This document shows, piece by piece, positions 1 to 9,306 of a stretch of 25,510 nt of DNA. The notes below the pieces were generated by a model that ran no database searches, had not been told where the DNA came from, and saw nothing but the letters and a program-made list of their open reading frames with translations. The DNA is taken from NCBI GenBank assembly GCA_964493195.1, contig CAZBMX010000001.1:1-25510 (forward strand). Direction: 5' to 3'. The position numbers were made by a program, and so were the translations under genes. The first letter of the stretch is position 1. Each line of letters starts with the position of its first letter. Origin of the DNA: an uncultured Pseudomonadales bacterium (lineage in GTDB: Bacteria; Patescibacteriota; Microgenomatia; UBA1400; PJMF01).

Positions 1-312
1 GAGACAAGTGCTTTAGCACCAATACTTGCAGTAGTTCTCAATGTGCCACAAGAGCTGTGCAATGCTGCTGCAATTATTATGATGAGGAACCCCAGAAGAG
101 ACATGATTCCAGCTTTTTCTACATTGCAACCCGGACAACAATTCCACTTGATTATTGATAGCGAGCACGCAACTACTGAGTTGGGAATGTATCGAGCCAC
201 GTTAAATAAAAATGGTTACGATGGGTCTAAATTGTTGCCAATTGCACCACCGAGATTCAGCATGTGTAGAGCTGGAAATATGTTATCGTATGAGCTGGTG
301 GTGAAAAGGTAA
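1..312 (+). CDS. 3' end of a hypothetical protein running in from the left edge (weak resemblance to a class I methyltransferase C-terminus)
   Basis: Frame 1 is open from base 1 (ETSALAPILAVVLNVPQELC...) to TAA at 310-312, so the tracked ORF at 43 is only an internal part. LQPGQQFHLIIDSE loosely resembles the LKPGG-x-h-h-h-x-D strand of SAM methyltransferases; the product call is speculative. Confidence 0.5.
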   Translation, partial: ETSALAPILAVVLNVPQELCNAAAIIMMRNPRRDMIPAFSTLQPGQQFHLIIDSEHATTELGMYRATLNKNGYDGSKLLPIAPPRFSMCRAGNMLSYELVVKR

Positions 313-361
313 CTTTTTATTTATACTCAATTGGTTGCCGGCTCACCTTGTTTGGGGCTCA

Positions 362-1759
362 TTACAACAACATTTTCTTAATTCTCCTCCTCCCATGCTG
401 CGCATTACTAAACCGATGCACCTCGTCGCGCACCTGCTGCACCAACTTGAGTGCCGGATGCGTCGGTGGCAGCTTAACTTCCGCATACTCAATTTTTTTG
501 CGCGTCACCGGCCGGACGTCATCAGGGTAGATATTGGGAATGATCAGCCGATCTGGGTCTTTGGCAATTCCAATCACGGGACACTGCCAACCCCACACCT
601 TGAGTACAGCTCGCACCTGCCCTTTGCCACCGTCAATCACCACTAGATCAGGCATCCCCCACCCCCGGTGGTTCTGTCGCCGCGTGAGTGCCTCTTGCAG
701 CATATGGTAGTCGTTGGGAGTGTCCAGCGTGCGAATATTGAACATTCTGTACTGCCCGCTATCCGCTCTGCCCTCTGTAAACACTACCATGCCGACACTG
801 GCCAGCGTTCCTTGAGTGTTGCTGACGTCGTAGCCTTCGATTCTGGTTAGCTCGGCTGTGCGTGGCACGTTGGCGTGCATGCTCAGCAGCGAGCGCAGGT
901 ATGCCCGCCCGTCTGTGGCGATGGTGGCAGTCAGTGCGGCAGTGCTCAGCTCTGGTTTGAGCTTGTAACTGCTGCCGGTAACTTCGGTGATGATGGCAAT
1001 TTTGTCACGCAGGACAGCGGCTTGTTCGAATCGCTCTGCTTTGGCTGCTGCTCGCAGCTGGTCTTGCATGCGTTTGACTACGTCCTTTTTTTTGCCCTTC
1101 AGGAATAGGATGAGATTATCGATAATATCTTGGTACTCGCTGGCGCTGGTTTTGCCCAGACAGACTCCCGGACATAAATCGATGTGATACTCAAAGCACG
1201 GTGTGAGGTCATGCGGATTGTATCCCTTGGCGCACCAGGGGAAGATGCTGCGGGCGATCTTGAGAACTTCGTTGACTTTATACGCACTCGGGAACGGGCC
1301 GAGCACCGTACCGGTGTTTTTTTGTTTAACCAGCTCTTTCTTGCGCAAACGTACCACTTTAGGAAAGGTTTCCTTGGTAATGTGGATGTAGAGAGGACTT
1401 TTATCGTCCTTGAGTAATACATTGGAAGGAGGTTGATATGTCCGGATAAGCTCTGCCTCGGTGAGGAGCGCTTCTAGCTCACTCTCGAGCACTTTCCACT
1501 GTACCTTGCTGGCTGTTTGCACCATGGTGCGGATGCGGCCATTGAGGCGTTTGAGCTGTGTGTAGGAGGTAACCCGGCGCTTGAGGAGCTTGGCTTTACC
1601 GACGTACAGCACGTTTCCGGCGACGTCGGAAAACCAGTACACTCCCGGCTGCGAGGGCAAGCGTGACAGCACCGATTCCCAGGGCAACGGAGCCCGTGAC
1701 GCTGGTGAACGGCGTGAGGACTTTGGGGCTGGTGGTGAGCTGGGTGAACTCTCGGTCAT
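362..1759 (-). CDS. uvrC: Excinuclease ABC subunit C (short form without the C-terminal HhH domain)
   Basis: GIY-YIG motif LPSQPGVYWF...VLYVGKAK, Cys-rich CFEYHIDLCPGVC, UVR motif ERFEQAAVLRD, and RNase H-like domain RIEGYDVSN, PDLVVIDGGKGQV, QVRDEVHRF. An alternative in-frame GTG start lies at 1672. Confidence 0.95.
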   Translation of the reverse strand: MTESSPSSPPAPKSSRRSPASRAPLPWESVLSRLPSQPGVYWFSDVAGNVLYVGKAKLLKRRVTSYTQLKRLNGRIRTMVQTASKVQWKVLESELEALLTEAELIRTYQPPSNVLLKDDKSPLYIHITKETFPKVVRLRKKELVKQKNTGTVLGPFPSAYKVNEVLKIARSIFPWCAKGYNPHDLTPCFEYHIDLCPGVCLGKTSASEYQDIIDNLILFLKGKKKDVVKRMQDQLRAAAKAERFEQAAVLRDKIAIITEVTGSSYKLKPELSTAALTATIATDGRAYLRSLLSMHANVPRTAELTRIEGYDVSNTQGTLASVGMVVFTEGRADSGQYRMFNIRTLDTPNDYHMLQEALTRRQNHRGWGMPDLVVIDGGKGQVRAVLKVWGWQCPVIGIAKDPDRLIIPNIYPDDVRPVTRKKIEYAEVKLPPTHPALKLVQQVRDEVHRFSNAQHGRRRIKKMLL

Positions 1760-3473
1760 AGAGTGGTTGTTCTGAAGCAGCAGAGCGAATTGTCACGCGT
1801 GCAGTTTGCTTGTCGAGTGGCGTCAACCAATCGTCACTGTGTAGTGTAACTGGAATTCGGCGAACCTGGAATGGGAGCAAGTGCTCGATGTGATACCTAC
1901 CGGTTTGCGCTGCTGGCGCTGCTTGTGCAATTTCTGTTGTTATATCATACCAGGCTTGCCCAGATTGATTGTGCATAACGAGCGAGTACTGTCCGGGCAA
2001 AGCAATACCAAAGAACTGGGCTTGCTCGACGGACACCGCTAAGTCGTTTTTTTGTGCGGGGAACTCGTTGGCAAAACTGACCTCGATGTCTTTGGACTCA
2101 AGCGACTCGAGCTTATATGCCCCTGCTGGGTAGGGAATGGTGCTGGACACGCCATTGATGGCAAACACGATATGGTTGAGGTCAAAGCGATTAAAGTAGT
2201 CCACTCCCCGGGTGGTGTGACCCCAGGTGGGATCAACTGGCCGCCATAACTTCTTTTCCTGATCGTAAAACTCTGGCCAGGCGTGCAATATATCACCGGC
2301 AAAACTCAGCGGTCGCAGCTCTGCATTTTGGGTGTAAGCATAACCCGTGAGTCGGCGGGCGGGAATGTTGTTTGCTCGACTCAGGCCGATGAATGCATCG
2401 GTAAACTCCTGGCAGACCGCTCCTTCAGGTTGTTGCAAGCTGGCAGCTGCACCTTTGCGTTTAGGGATGGTCTCAAAATCAACCGCGTATTGGAGTGTTT
2501 CTACAACATGCGAGTAAATTGCTTCTGGTGTGACAAACTTGGCGGCATGCTCCTGAACCACACCACTCTCAGTTTCCCAAAACTCCTGTGCGGCTTGATG
2601 TTTGCGCGTGGGCTGAATGACTGGCACTGATTGGTCTGGCTCAAGTGTGATTTTTGCTATCGCTGACAGATGCAGTGTCGTGTTGCTGGTGGGTGGTAGC
2701 GTGTATGTAGCAATCCAGTTGCCATCGCTGTCTTTTTCTAAACGCTCTGGGCTTGGTTCAATGGTGTGATAGTGCATGCGCTGGAAGCTCGTATCGGGTG
2801 GTAGCGCAACCTGGGTGATCCCTGGTGATCCAGTGGTGTTTTCCAGGTGGTAGCGTAGGCTCAAAAAGTAGTACTGGGTGTCGCCATACAGCAGCGAGAT
2901 GGCGGCTTCGGCAGGTTCAGAGAGCGTTGTGGTGACTGTCGACTCATCCTGAGAAACCTGAAACTTGCCGGCACTGTGATACACCGGAGCCCCAAACTTA
3001 GCAGGAGTAACGATTTTCATGCTCACCGATTGATAGTCCGCTTGATCAGTGATTTGGGGGATATGTACCTCAAGTGCTTTACCACCCACCACCGCGATGT
3101 CCGTGGTGGTGTAGCTGATGCTGAATACGCGTTGTTTGTTTTGGCCGACCACATCCTCGGGAAAACTGAAACCAATGCTGGTGCCCGCGTCTGTTTCTGC
3201 AATGTTTGCCTCTAATGTTTTCCCCTGCTCTGTAACGCGAACATCGCGTAAGCGGCGAAAACTTGTTTTGAGCGCGTATTTATTGATGAACGTTGTGGGA
3301 GATTGGTTGGTGATGGTGTAGTCATGCACTACGCTGGTGGTGCCGTCATCTGCAACGGTGTACGAGAGGGTGAGGTCGGTGCGGAAGGGTTCGGCGGCGA
3401 TGCCAGGCGACAGCATGCTAAAAAAAAGCACAACAAAGATGCAACAACTCAGTATTTTTTGCGGGAGACGCAT
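1596..3473 (-). CDS. Secreted, C-terminally membrane-anchored transglutaminase-like (Cys-His-Asp) protein
   Basis: N-terminal signal-like segment (KILSCCIFVVLFFSMLSPGIAA), triad motifs AVCQEF, LHAWPEFY and VDPTWG, and a C-terminal hydrophobic helix followed by RRRRKRAVRR. The 3' end overlaps uvrC. Confidence 0.85.
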   Translation of the reverse strand: MRLPQKILSCCIFVVLFFSMLSPGIAAEPFRTDLTLSYTVADDGTTSVVHDYTITNQSPTTFINKYALKTSFRRLRDVRVTEQGKTLEANIAETDAGTSIGFSFPEDVVGQNKQRVFSISYTTTDIAVVGGKALEVHIPQITDQADYQSVSMKIVTPAKFGAPVYHSAGKFQVSQDESTVTTTLSEPAEAAISLLYGDTQYYFLSLRYHLENTTGSPGITQVALPPDTSFQRMHYHTIEPSPERLEKDSDGNWIATYTLPPTSNTTLHLSAIAKITLEPDQSVPVIQPTRKHQAAQEFWETESGVVQEHAAKFVTPEAIYSHVVETLQYAVDFETIPKRKGAAASLQQPEGAVCQEFTDAFIGLSRANNIPARRLTGYAYTQNAELRPLSFAGDILHAWPEFYDQEKKLWRPVDPTWGHTTRGVDYFNRFDLNHIVFAINGVSSTIPYPAGAYKLESLESKDIEVSFANEFPAQKNDLAVSVEQAQFFGIALPGQYSLVMHNQSGQAWYDITTEIAQAAPAAQTGRYHIEHLLPFQVRRIPVTLHSDDWLTPLDKQTARVTIRSAASEQPLYDREFTQLTTSPKVLTPFTSVTGSVALGIGAVTLALAAGSVLVFRRRRKRAVRR

Positions 3474-3584
3474 AGGTATAGGGTACTATACTTTTTTGTC
3501 GTCACAAGCGGGGTAACTGGAGTAAATTGCACTGCTTTTGCCGGAACAGCAGCGAGGGGTGTACTCTGATTAGTCAGCAAATGG

Positions 3585-6575
3585 TTAGCCTTTTTGCGCC
3601 ACCAACTCTTCCGCCAAGTACTTCCCAGTAAACGTATTCTGTTGTTGCGCCAACTGTTCTGGGGTTCCCGTGGCCAGAATCTCGCCACCATTCTCTCCTC
3701 CTTCTGGACCAAGATCGATCAGCCAGTCAGCATTTTTGATGATGTCCAGGTTGTGTTCGATGACGATAACAGTATTGTTGGCTTTGACCAGTTGGTCCAG
3801 CACGTTCAAAAGGTTTTGCACGTCTTCAAAGTGTAAGCCGGTTGTTGGTTCGTCCAGCAGGTACACCACATGATCGGTGGTGCGGCTTGAAAGTTCTTTG
3901 GCTAGCTTGACGCGTTGTGCTTCTCCGCCGGAAAGCGTGGGTGCGGGTTGGCCGAGTTTGAGATATCCGAGTCCTACTTCTTGTAAGGTTTGCAGTTTAT
4001 TCTTGATAGTGCCATGCGACTTGAAAAACTCCAGCGCGTCATCGATCGTCATGTCCAACACTTGCGAGATGTTTTTGTCCTTGTACTGAACTTCCAGTGT
4101 TTCTTCACTGTAGCGGCGGCCGTTGCATACGTCGCAGGTGACGTACACGTCGGGCAAAAACTGCATCTCGATCTTGATTTGGCCATCGCCTTGGCAGCTT
4201 TCGCAGCGGCCTCCTTTGACGTTGAAGCTAAACCTGCCCAGTGTGTACCCCCGGGTTTGGGCGTCGCGGGTGTTGGCAAAAATTTTGCGAATAAAGTCAA
4301 AAATTTTGGTGTAGGTTGCCGGGTTGGAGCGCGGAGTTTTGCCGATGGGACTTTGGTCAATCAGTGTGACGCGTTTCACTTCATCCGGGACGGATAGCTG
4401 CTCAATTGGTCCTGGTGTGACTTCTGGTGTGCGCCCCAGGTGTTTTGCCAGATGAGCATACAACGTATCGTGCAGCAGGGTCGATTTGCCCGAGCCAGAA
4501 ATGCCGGTGATGGCAATCAGTTTGCTCAGGGGGAACTCGACATCAACGTGTTTGAGGTTGTGGTGGTGGGCGCCGCGAATGGCAATGGTGCCGGTGGCTG
4601 ATTTTGCGTTGCTCGGTACGGTTGCTTCTGGGTCAACCAGTTTGCGCTCAGGCTTGGGTTTGCTGCGCGTCACGTCTTTTTTGCGCTTGAGGTACTTGCC
4701 GGTCAGCGAGTTGCTGTTGGCCATAATCTCTGCAGCTGTGCCTGCCGCGACAATCTCGCCACCATGAATGCCAGCGCGAGGGCCAAAGTCTACCAGATAA
4801 TCAGCAGCGAGCATAACGTCGCGGTCGTGTTCGACGACAATGACGGTGTTGCCCTTTTCTTGCAAATTCTTCAACGTATCAATCAGGCGATGATTATCTC
4901 GTTGGTGCAGACCAATGGTAGGTTCGTCCAAAATATATAGCACGCCAGTCAGACCAGTACCAATCTGGGATGCTAGGCGAATTCGTTGGGCTTCACCGCC
5001 AGCAAGAGTTGCTGCTTCACGGTGTAGGCTGAGGTAGTTGAGGCCGACGGAGTTGAGGAACGACAACCGACTGGTGATTTCCTTGAGAATTGGTGCTGCA
5101 ATGGTGGACTCTTTGTCAGATAGGACTTTGTCCGCGGTCAGGTGCTGCGACCACGCGAGCGTTTTGTTGATGGCTAGCTTGGTAATTTCTGAGATGTTTT
5201 GGTTCTCGATGTGCACGCCGAGCGCTTCATCTTTGAGGCGGTTGCCATTGCATTCTGGGCAGGTTTGCCGGTGCATGTACTGTTCAATTTCTTTGCGAAT
5301 GTACTCGGAATCGGTTTCCAGATAGCGGCGCTCTAGGTTGCTGATGAAACCTTCAAACTTTTCGTGAATAATGGTTTGTTTGCCGAAGCGATTTTCACCT
5401 TCAACCTTGTAGATTTTGGGGCTGCCGTGCAGTAGCATGCTTTGGGTTTGCTCATTCATTTCTTCGAATGGAGTTTTACGGAAGTCGTAGCCAGCGTCAG
5501 CAACTACCTCTTGTACCAGTCGTGCCCACCAACTATCAGTACTCATGGTGCGGGCAAACGGGATGATTGCGCCTTCGCTCAGGGAAAGGGCTGGCGCTAT
5601 GATTTTTGTTACATCAATTTTTAGCAATGAGCCCAGACCATTGCAGGTAGGACAAGCACCTTGGGGTGAATTAAACGAAAACAGCCGTGGCTCCAGTTCC
5701 GGCAGCGAGATGCCGCAGTCAGAACAGGCGCGTTGTTCACTGAACAACACATCAGTGAAGTCCTTGGGTGCATCGGGGAAATCAAATGTCTGGTCGTGAA
5801 TGGCGCTGACAATGGCGATGCCTTCGGCCAGCTTGAGTGACTCCTCCAGTGACTGGGAAATGCGGCTGCGCAGGATTTTTCGCTCTTCTGTGTCTTTGAG
5901 TTGCTGCTTACTCACCGTCAGGCGGTCAATGATGACAGAAATCGTGTGCTTGTTGGTTTTGATTAGGCTGATGTTGCCATCGAGGTCAAAAGTTTCTTTG
6001 TCGATGCGGGCGCGGCGGTAACCTTTTTTGACCAGGGTGGCAAAAAGCGATGAGAACTCACCTTTTTTGTCACGCACCACGGGCGAGAGAATCATGAGGC
6101 GGCTGGGCTGGCCATTAGTGTTGGTATCTAGGTCATTGAGCACCCGCGTCACCATTTGGTCAATCGACTGGGTGGCTACTTCTTTGCCGCAGTTGGGACA
6201 GTGTGGGTGGCCAACTCTGGCATAGAGCAGACGCAGGTAATCATAAATTTCCGTGATGGTACCGACTGTGGAGCGCGGATTGTGGCTGGTGGTTTTTTGG
6301 TCGATGGAAATTGCTGGGGACAAGCCTTCGATGTGGTCCACATCTGGTTTCTGCATGATACCCAAGAATTGGCGGGCGTATGAACTCAGGCTTTCCACGT
6401 AGCGCCTCTGCCCTTCTGCATACAGCGTATCAAAGGCGAGCGAGCTTTTGCCGCTACCAGATAGTCCGGTGAAGACAATCAGTTTGTTTTTGGGGATCTC
6501 CAAGTTGATGTTCTTGAGGTTATGCTCGCGGGCGCCGGTGACGCGGATGGTGTTGGGGGCGGTTTGGTTGGGCAT
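3585..6575 (-). CDS. uvrA: Excinuclease ABC subunit A
   Basis: [13 protein letters not shown], two Walker A motifs ([18 protein letters not shown]), signatures LAGGEAQR and LSGGEAQR, Walker B ILDEPT and LLDEPT, CxxC zinc fingers. Start placed at ATG 6575 ([12 protein letters not shown]); the 40 upstream codons of the tracked ORF cover the promoter region. Confidence 0.97.
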   Translation of the reverse strand: MPNQTAPNTIRVTGAREHNLKNINLEIPKNKLIVFTGLSGSGKSSLAFDTLYAEGQRRYVESLSSYARQFLGIMQKPDVDHIEGLSPAISIDQKTTSHNPRSTVGTITEIYDYLRLLYARVGHPHCPNCGKEVATQSIDQMVTRVLNDLDTNTNGQPSRLMILSPVVRDKKGEFSSLFATLVKKGYRRARIDKETFDLDGNISLIKTNKHTISVIIDRLTVSKQQLKDTEERKILRSRISQSLEESLKLAEGIAIVSAIHDQTFDFPDAPKDFTDVLFSEQRACSDCGISLPELEPRLFSFNSPQGACPTCNGLGSLLKIDVTKIIAPALSLSEGAIIPFARTMSTDSWWARLVQEVVADAGYDFRKTPFEEMNEQTQSMLLHGSPKIYKVEGENRFGKQTIIHEKFEGFISNLERRYLETDSEYIRKEIEQYMHRQTCPECNGNRLKDEALGVHIENQNISEITKLAINKTLAWSQHLTADKVLSDKESTIAAPILKEITSRLSFLNSVGLNYLSLHREAATLAGGEAQRIRLASQIGTGLTGVLYILDEPTIGLHQRDNHRLIDTLKNLQEKGNTVIVVEHDRDVMLAADYLVDFGPRAGIHGGEIVAAGTAAEIMANSNSLTGKYLKRKKDVTRSKPKPERKLVDPEATVPSNAKSATGTIAIRGAHHHNLKHVDVEFPLSKLIAITGISGSGKSTLLHDTLYAHLAKHLGRTPEVTPGPIEQLSVPDEVKRVTLIDQSPIGKTPRSNPATYTKIFDFIRKIFANTRDAQTRGYTLGRFSFNVKGGRCESCQGDGQIKIEMQFLPDVYVTCDVCNGRRYSEETLEVQYKDKNISQVLDMTIDDALEFFKSHGTIKNKLQTLQEVGLGYLKLGQPAPTLSGGEAQRVKLAKELSSRTTDHVVYLLDEPTTGLHFEDVQNLLNVLDQLVKANNTVIVIEHNLDIIKNADWLIDLGPEGGENGGEILATGTPEQLAQQQNTFTGKYLAEELVAQKG

Positions 6576-6642
6576 GGATGTGTTTGGGGTGGCTGTGCTT
6601 GCGTGGTTGCGCCAGTGTGCACTCGGCCTAGTACGTAAAAAA

Positions 6643-6659
6643 CACGAAGTAATAGTATA
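6643..6659 (-). promoter_or_regulatory. Putative uvrA -10 box (TATACT) with adjacent TACTTCGTG candidate operator half-site
   Basis: The minus strand reads TATACT-AT-TACTTCGTG; a similar ACTTCG word flanks the lexA -10. Confidence 0.4.
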
Positions 6660-6753
6660 GCGGAAAAAACGGTTGTTTGCTATGTAAATTTTCAAAGTAT
6701 GTTAAAGCATAAAAATGAAACCTTACTTTCTCTGCAGCTTTGCCGCATGGAAA

Positions 6754-6774
6754 GTCAATATGATATAATTTGAC
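6754..6774 (+). promoter_or_regulatory. Extended -10 promoter (TGaTATAAT) for the 6808 gene, inside a GTCAA-N11-TTGAC inverted repeat
   Basis: TG at 6761-6762, TATAAT at 6764-6769, GTCAA at 6754-6758, TTGAC at 6770-6774. Confidence 0.5.
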
Positions 6775-6807
6775 ATATTTAATGTGTATCTTTAAGAGCG
6801 TTTCGCA

Positions 6808-9306
6808 ATGAATTTATTCCCCATTGAGGCAGCGGCTTGTGACAATCAAAAGAATGTTTACCCAGATTTAGCTTGGTATCTTAGAGACGAAGACTTCACA
6901 ATAACCGATATTACTTCTGGGTTTTTGGATCGTCACACTCGTATACTTGCCAAACTCAGACAAAAAGTTGTTCAAGCACTGATAGGAGTAGATTCAAAGT
7001 TGAGCCGTGAGGTGCTGCCAGTGGGATCGCTGCTAGAATTGGGTGCATTGAGTGAGGAAGATGCGGCAGAGATTGCGCTGAAGCGTTGTATCGCAAAGGT
7101 CTGTGTCTATCTTGATCAAGCAGCTTTTGGCATTATGTTAGCAGGCTTAAATCCTGGCAAAATGAACCTCCCTCTTTTTTTGTCGGCATTGATAAGTAGA
7201 ATTGGTTTCCAGCGATTAGAAATGTACTTGTTAAATCAGGCTGCGTCTGATACGGGTACAGCGTTTGCACGACAGGAGAGGCAATACAAACCCCACCTTA
7301 GTTTGTTGCATCAATTGTTAGCTGATAAAATTCCTGACGATAAGATTGCTTTACTGACACAGCAGTATGACAATTTGTACACCGCAGATACACGGTCGAA
7401 CTCAAAGTTGAGAATGATTTGGGCTCCAGTAATTGCGATAGGATCATTGGTTGATCGCGGACGATATCTTTCGGCAATTATTCTTCCCCTACTCGCCGTA
7501 TATCTCTACATGCAAGGTCCTTTGACTTATGTACAGTCAGATAGAAAAAGGCGGTTGGGATTCAGAGTAGTGGCCTCTGCAGAAGATAAAAATGGAAGGA
7601 AAAAGCTGGTTGACGAACACACTGCTATGACGCTGAAACTTGGTTTTAAGTACGATATTGGCACTTTTCTGTTTGTACTTGAATTCTTGTTGGGGATGAA
7701 TTTTGCCCAAGCCTTTTCTAGTTATATAGCAACCACTCAGGGACTCGCGCCATTTAACGCAATGCTGACGCAGCATAGAGAGAAAGTTAATGCAATAGAA
7801 GCTGTTGAACTGATTAGTAAGTTATTTTCCATTCTCAAAATGCATCCATTGATATTTAATCAAGCCATGTGGGATGCAAGTAGGGCCAGCAAGCAGGATT
7901 GGCCTGAGGTGCCAAGAGTACCTGTGTCAATCCAGAATGGGGTGATCATCGAACACACATCTGGTCAGACTGCAGTGCATGCAGCAAGTCCTGACACGCT
8001 ACCAACGACCCATATCGTTGAGTCTAGAACGGTTAAATTTCTTAGAGAACGCTCTGGTACGGGAAAGTCGCTCTCTCTGCAGGCAATTGCTGGACTTATC
8101 GACTCAGATACAACTCGAGTTTATTTGGTTGAAGATGGCAAAGTGCAGCCGTCAATTACAATTGCATCACTCATTGAATATCGACAAAGAATTTTTCATC
8201 CTGAAATTTTCATTAAGGATCCAAACCGATCGATAGTTGATATATGTAATGAGTTATTTTTGTTAGATAGCAGAGCAATAAAGTTACGCAATGATCTCGA
8301 GAAAAATGGCTTCACGCAATCCGAAATTGAGAGAATACTGCAATGCGCAAGCGATTTGTTGCAAGAAGCAATGATCGCCAACAATAGCTATGCGTTATTG
8401 CACACAGAGGTGTCTCAAGAAAGAAAAGCAGTTTTATGGAAGTTAGTTCGAACACTGCTTGATGAAAGATTGCGCTGGGCAGACGAGAGATTTAGGTCAG
8501 CTGGTAACCTGGATTTAGAGAACATTGGATCAAGAAAATATTCTACATTGAGTCGAGGCCAAAAGGCAAGATTTTTGGTTAAACTTTGTCTGGAGGCAGC
8601 CAGACACTTCCCAATCCAGTTGATCTTGCTTGATGAACCATTTGCTGGTTTAGATGAACTCAAGGATGAGAAATCTGATGCTCAAACTATTGTAAATTTC
8701 GAGGAGCAGCTTAAAGATATTGGGGCATTGCTCTCGTTGGACTATAATGGAATTGCACCTGCTTTGCTCATGGCTGAACACTCTACGTCAGTGAACGAGG
8801 TGCTCATACAAAAAACGTCTCTAATTCAGCGAGTTGTGCAGTTTGTTCCACATTCGGAAGAGCGTAACAGATTGATTGATTTAATATCACAAAGCAATGA
8901 TCCTCGAGGTGATCTATTGTTTGAATTGCGCGAAGAAGTGCTGACAAACCTGCGAAGGCCTAATCAAAGAACGTTTAGAAGGTATTTTCCTAACCCCATG
9001 GGCTTGTCGAGTTTTGACATTAGTGTTTTCAATAACGAACGCATTACTTGGTACAAGCAAATTTTGCAACCGACTAATGAAGAATTCCAAGCTTTCTCTG
9101 ATTCGGTAATGTCAGTTTTTCCAAGTGCTTTATATACAAATCTTTCAGCAACAACCCAGACAATGAATGAGTTTGAACGTGATCCCGATGCAGTACGAGA
9201 TGCTGCAATAGCATTAGGTCTGAGCATACTAGAGCTTGATTACCTTTTAAGTGCCGAGCTTGGTGCTCATCGAATGTCTGGAATTTTTGAATGTACTGAT
9301 GACTAG
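6808..9306 (+). CDS. Divergent ABC-type protein: N-terminal membrane region plus degenerate nucleotide-binding domain
   Basis: Hydrophobic segments (LSAIILPLLAVYLYM, IGTFLFVLEFLLGMNF), Walker A-like ERSGTGKS (8047-8070), signature LSRGQ (8548-8562), Walker B/D-loop LILLDEPFAGLD (from 8620) and H-loop MAEHS. Visibly AT-richer than the flanking uvr genes. Confidence 0.7.
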   Translation: MNLFPIEAAACDNQKNVYPDLAWYLRDEDFTITDITSGFLDRHTRILAKLRQKVVQALIGVDSKLSREVLPVGSLLELGALSEEDAAEIALKRCIAKVCVYLDQAAFGIMLAGLNPGKMNLPLFLSALISRIGFQRLEMYLLNQAASDTGTAFARQERQYKPHLSLLHQLLADKIPDDKIALLTQQYDNLYTADTRSNSKLRMIWAPVIAIGSLVDRGRYLSAIILPLLAVYLYMQGPLTYVQSDRKRRLGFRVVASAEDKNGRKKLVDEHTAMTLKLGFKYDIGTFLFVLEFLLGMNFAQAFSSYIATTQGLAPFNAMLTQHREKVNAIEAVELISKLFSILKMHPLIFNQAMWDASRASKQDWPEVPRVPVSIQNGVIIEHTSGQTAVHAASPDTLPTTHIVESRTVKFLRERSGTGKSLSLQAIAGLIDSDTTRVYLVEDGKVQPSITIASLIEYRQRIFHPEIFIKDPNRSIVDICNELFLLDSRAIKLRNDLEKNGFTQSEIERILQCASDLLQEAMIANNSYALLHTEVSQERKAVLWKLVRTLLDERLRWADERFRSAGNLDLENIGSRKYSTLSRGQKARFLVKLCLEAARHFPIQLILLDEPFAGLDELKDEKSDAQTIVNFEEQLKDIGALLSLDYNGIAPALLMAEHSTSVNEVLIQKTSLIQRVVQFVPHSEERNRLIDLISQSNDPRGDLLFELREEVLTNLRRPNQRTFRRYFPNPMGLSSFDISVFNNERITWYKQILQPTNEEFQAFSDSVMSVFPSALYTNLSATTQTMNEFERDPDAVRDAAIALGLSILELDYLLSAELGAHRMSGIFECTDD

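Noticed and set aside
6576-6695. Longer N-termini in the ORF track for uvrA (6695), CofE-like (11630), Nudix (12324), pduO (14179), pmm (23196) and holA (23975)
   Set aside because: Family homology begins at downstream Met codons that have better RBS or -10 context; the extensions overlap promoters or neighbouring genes.
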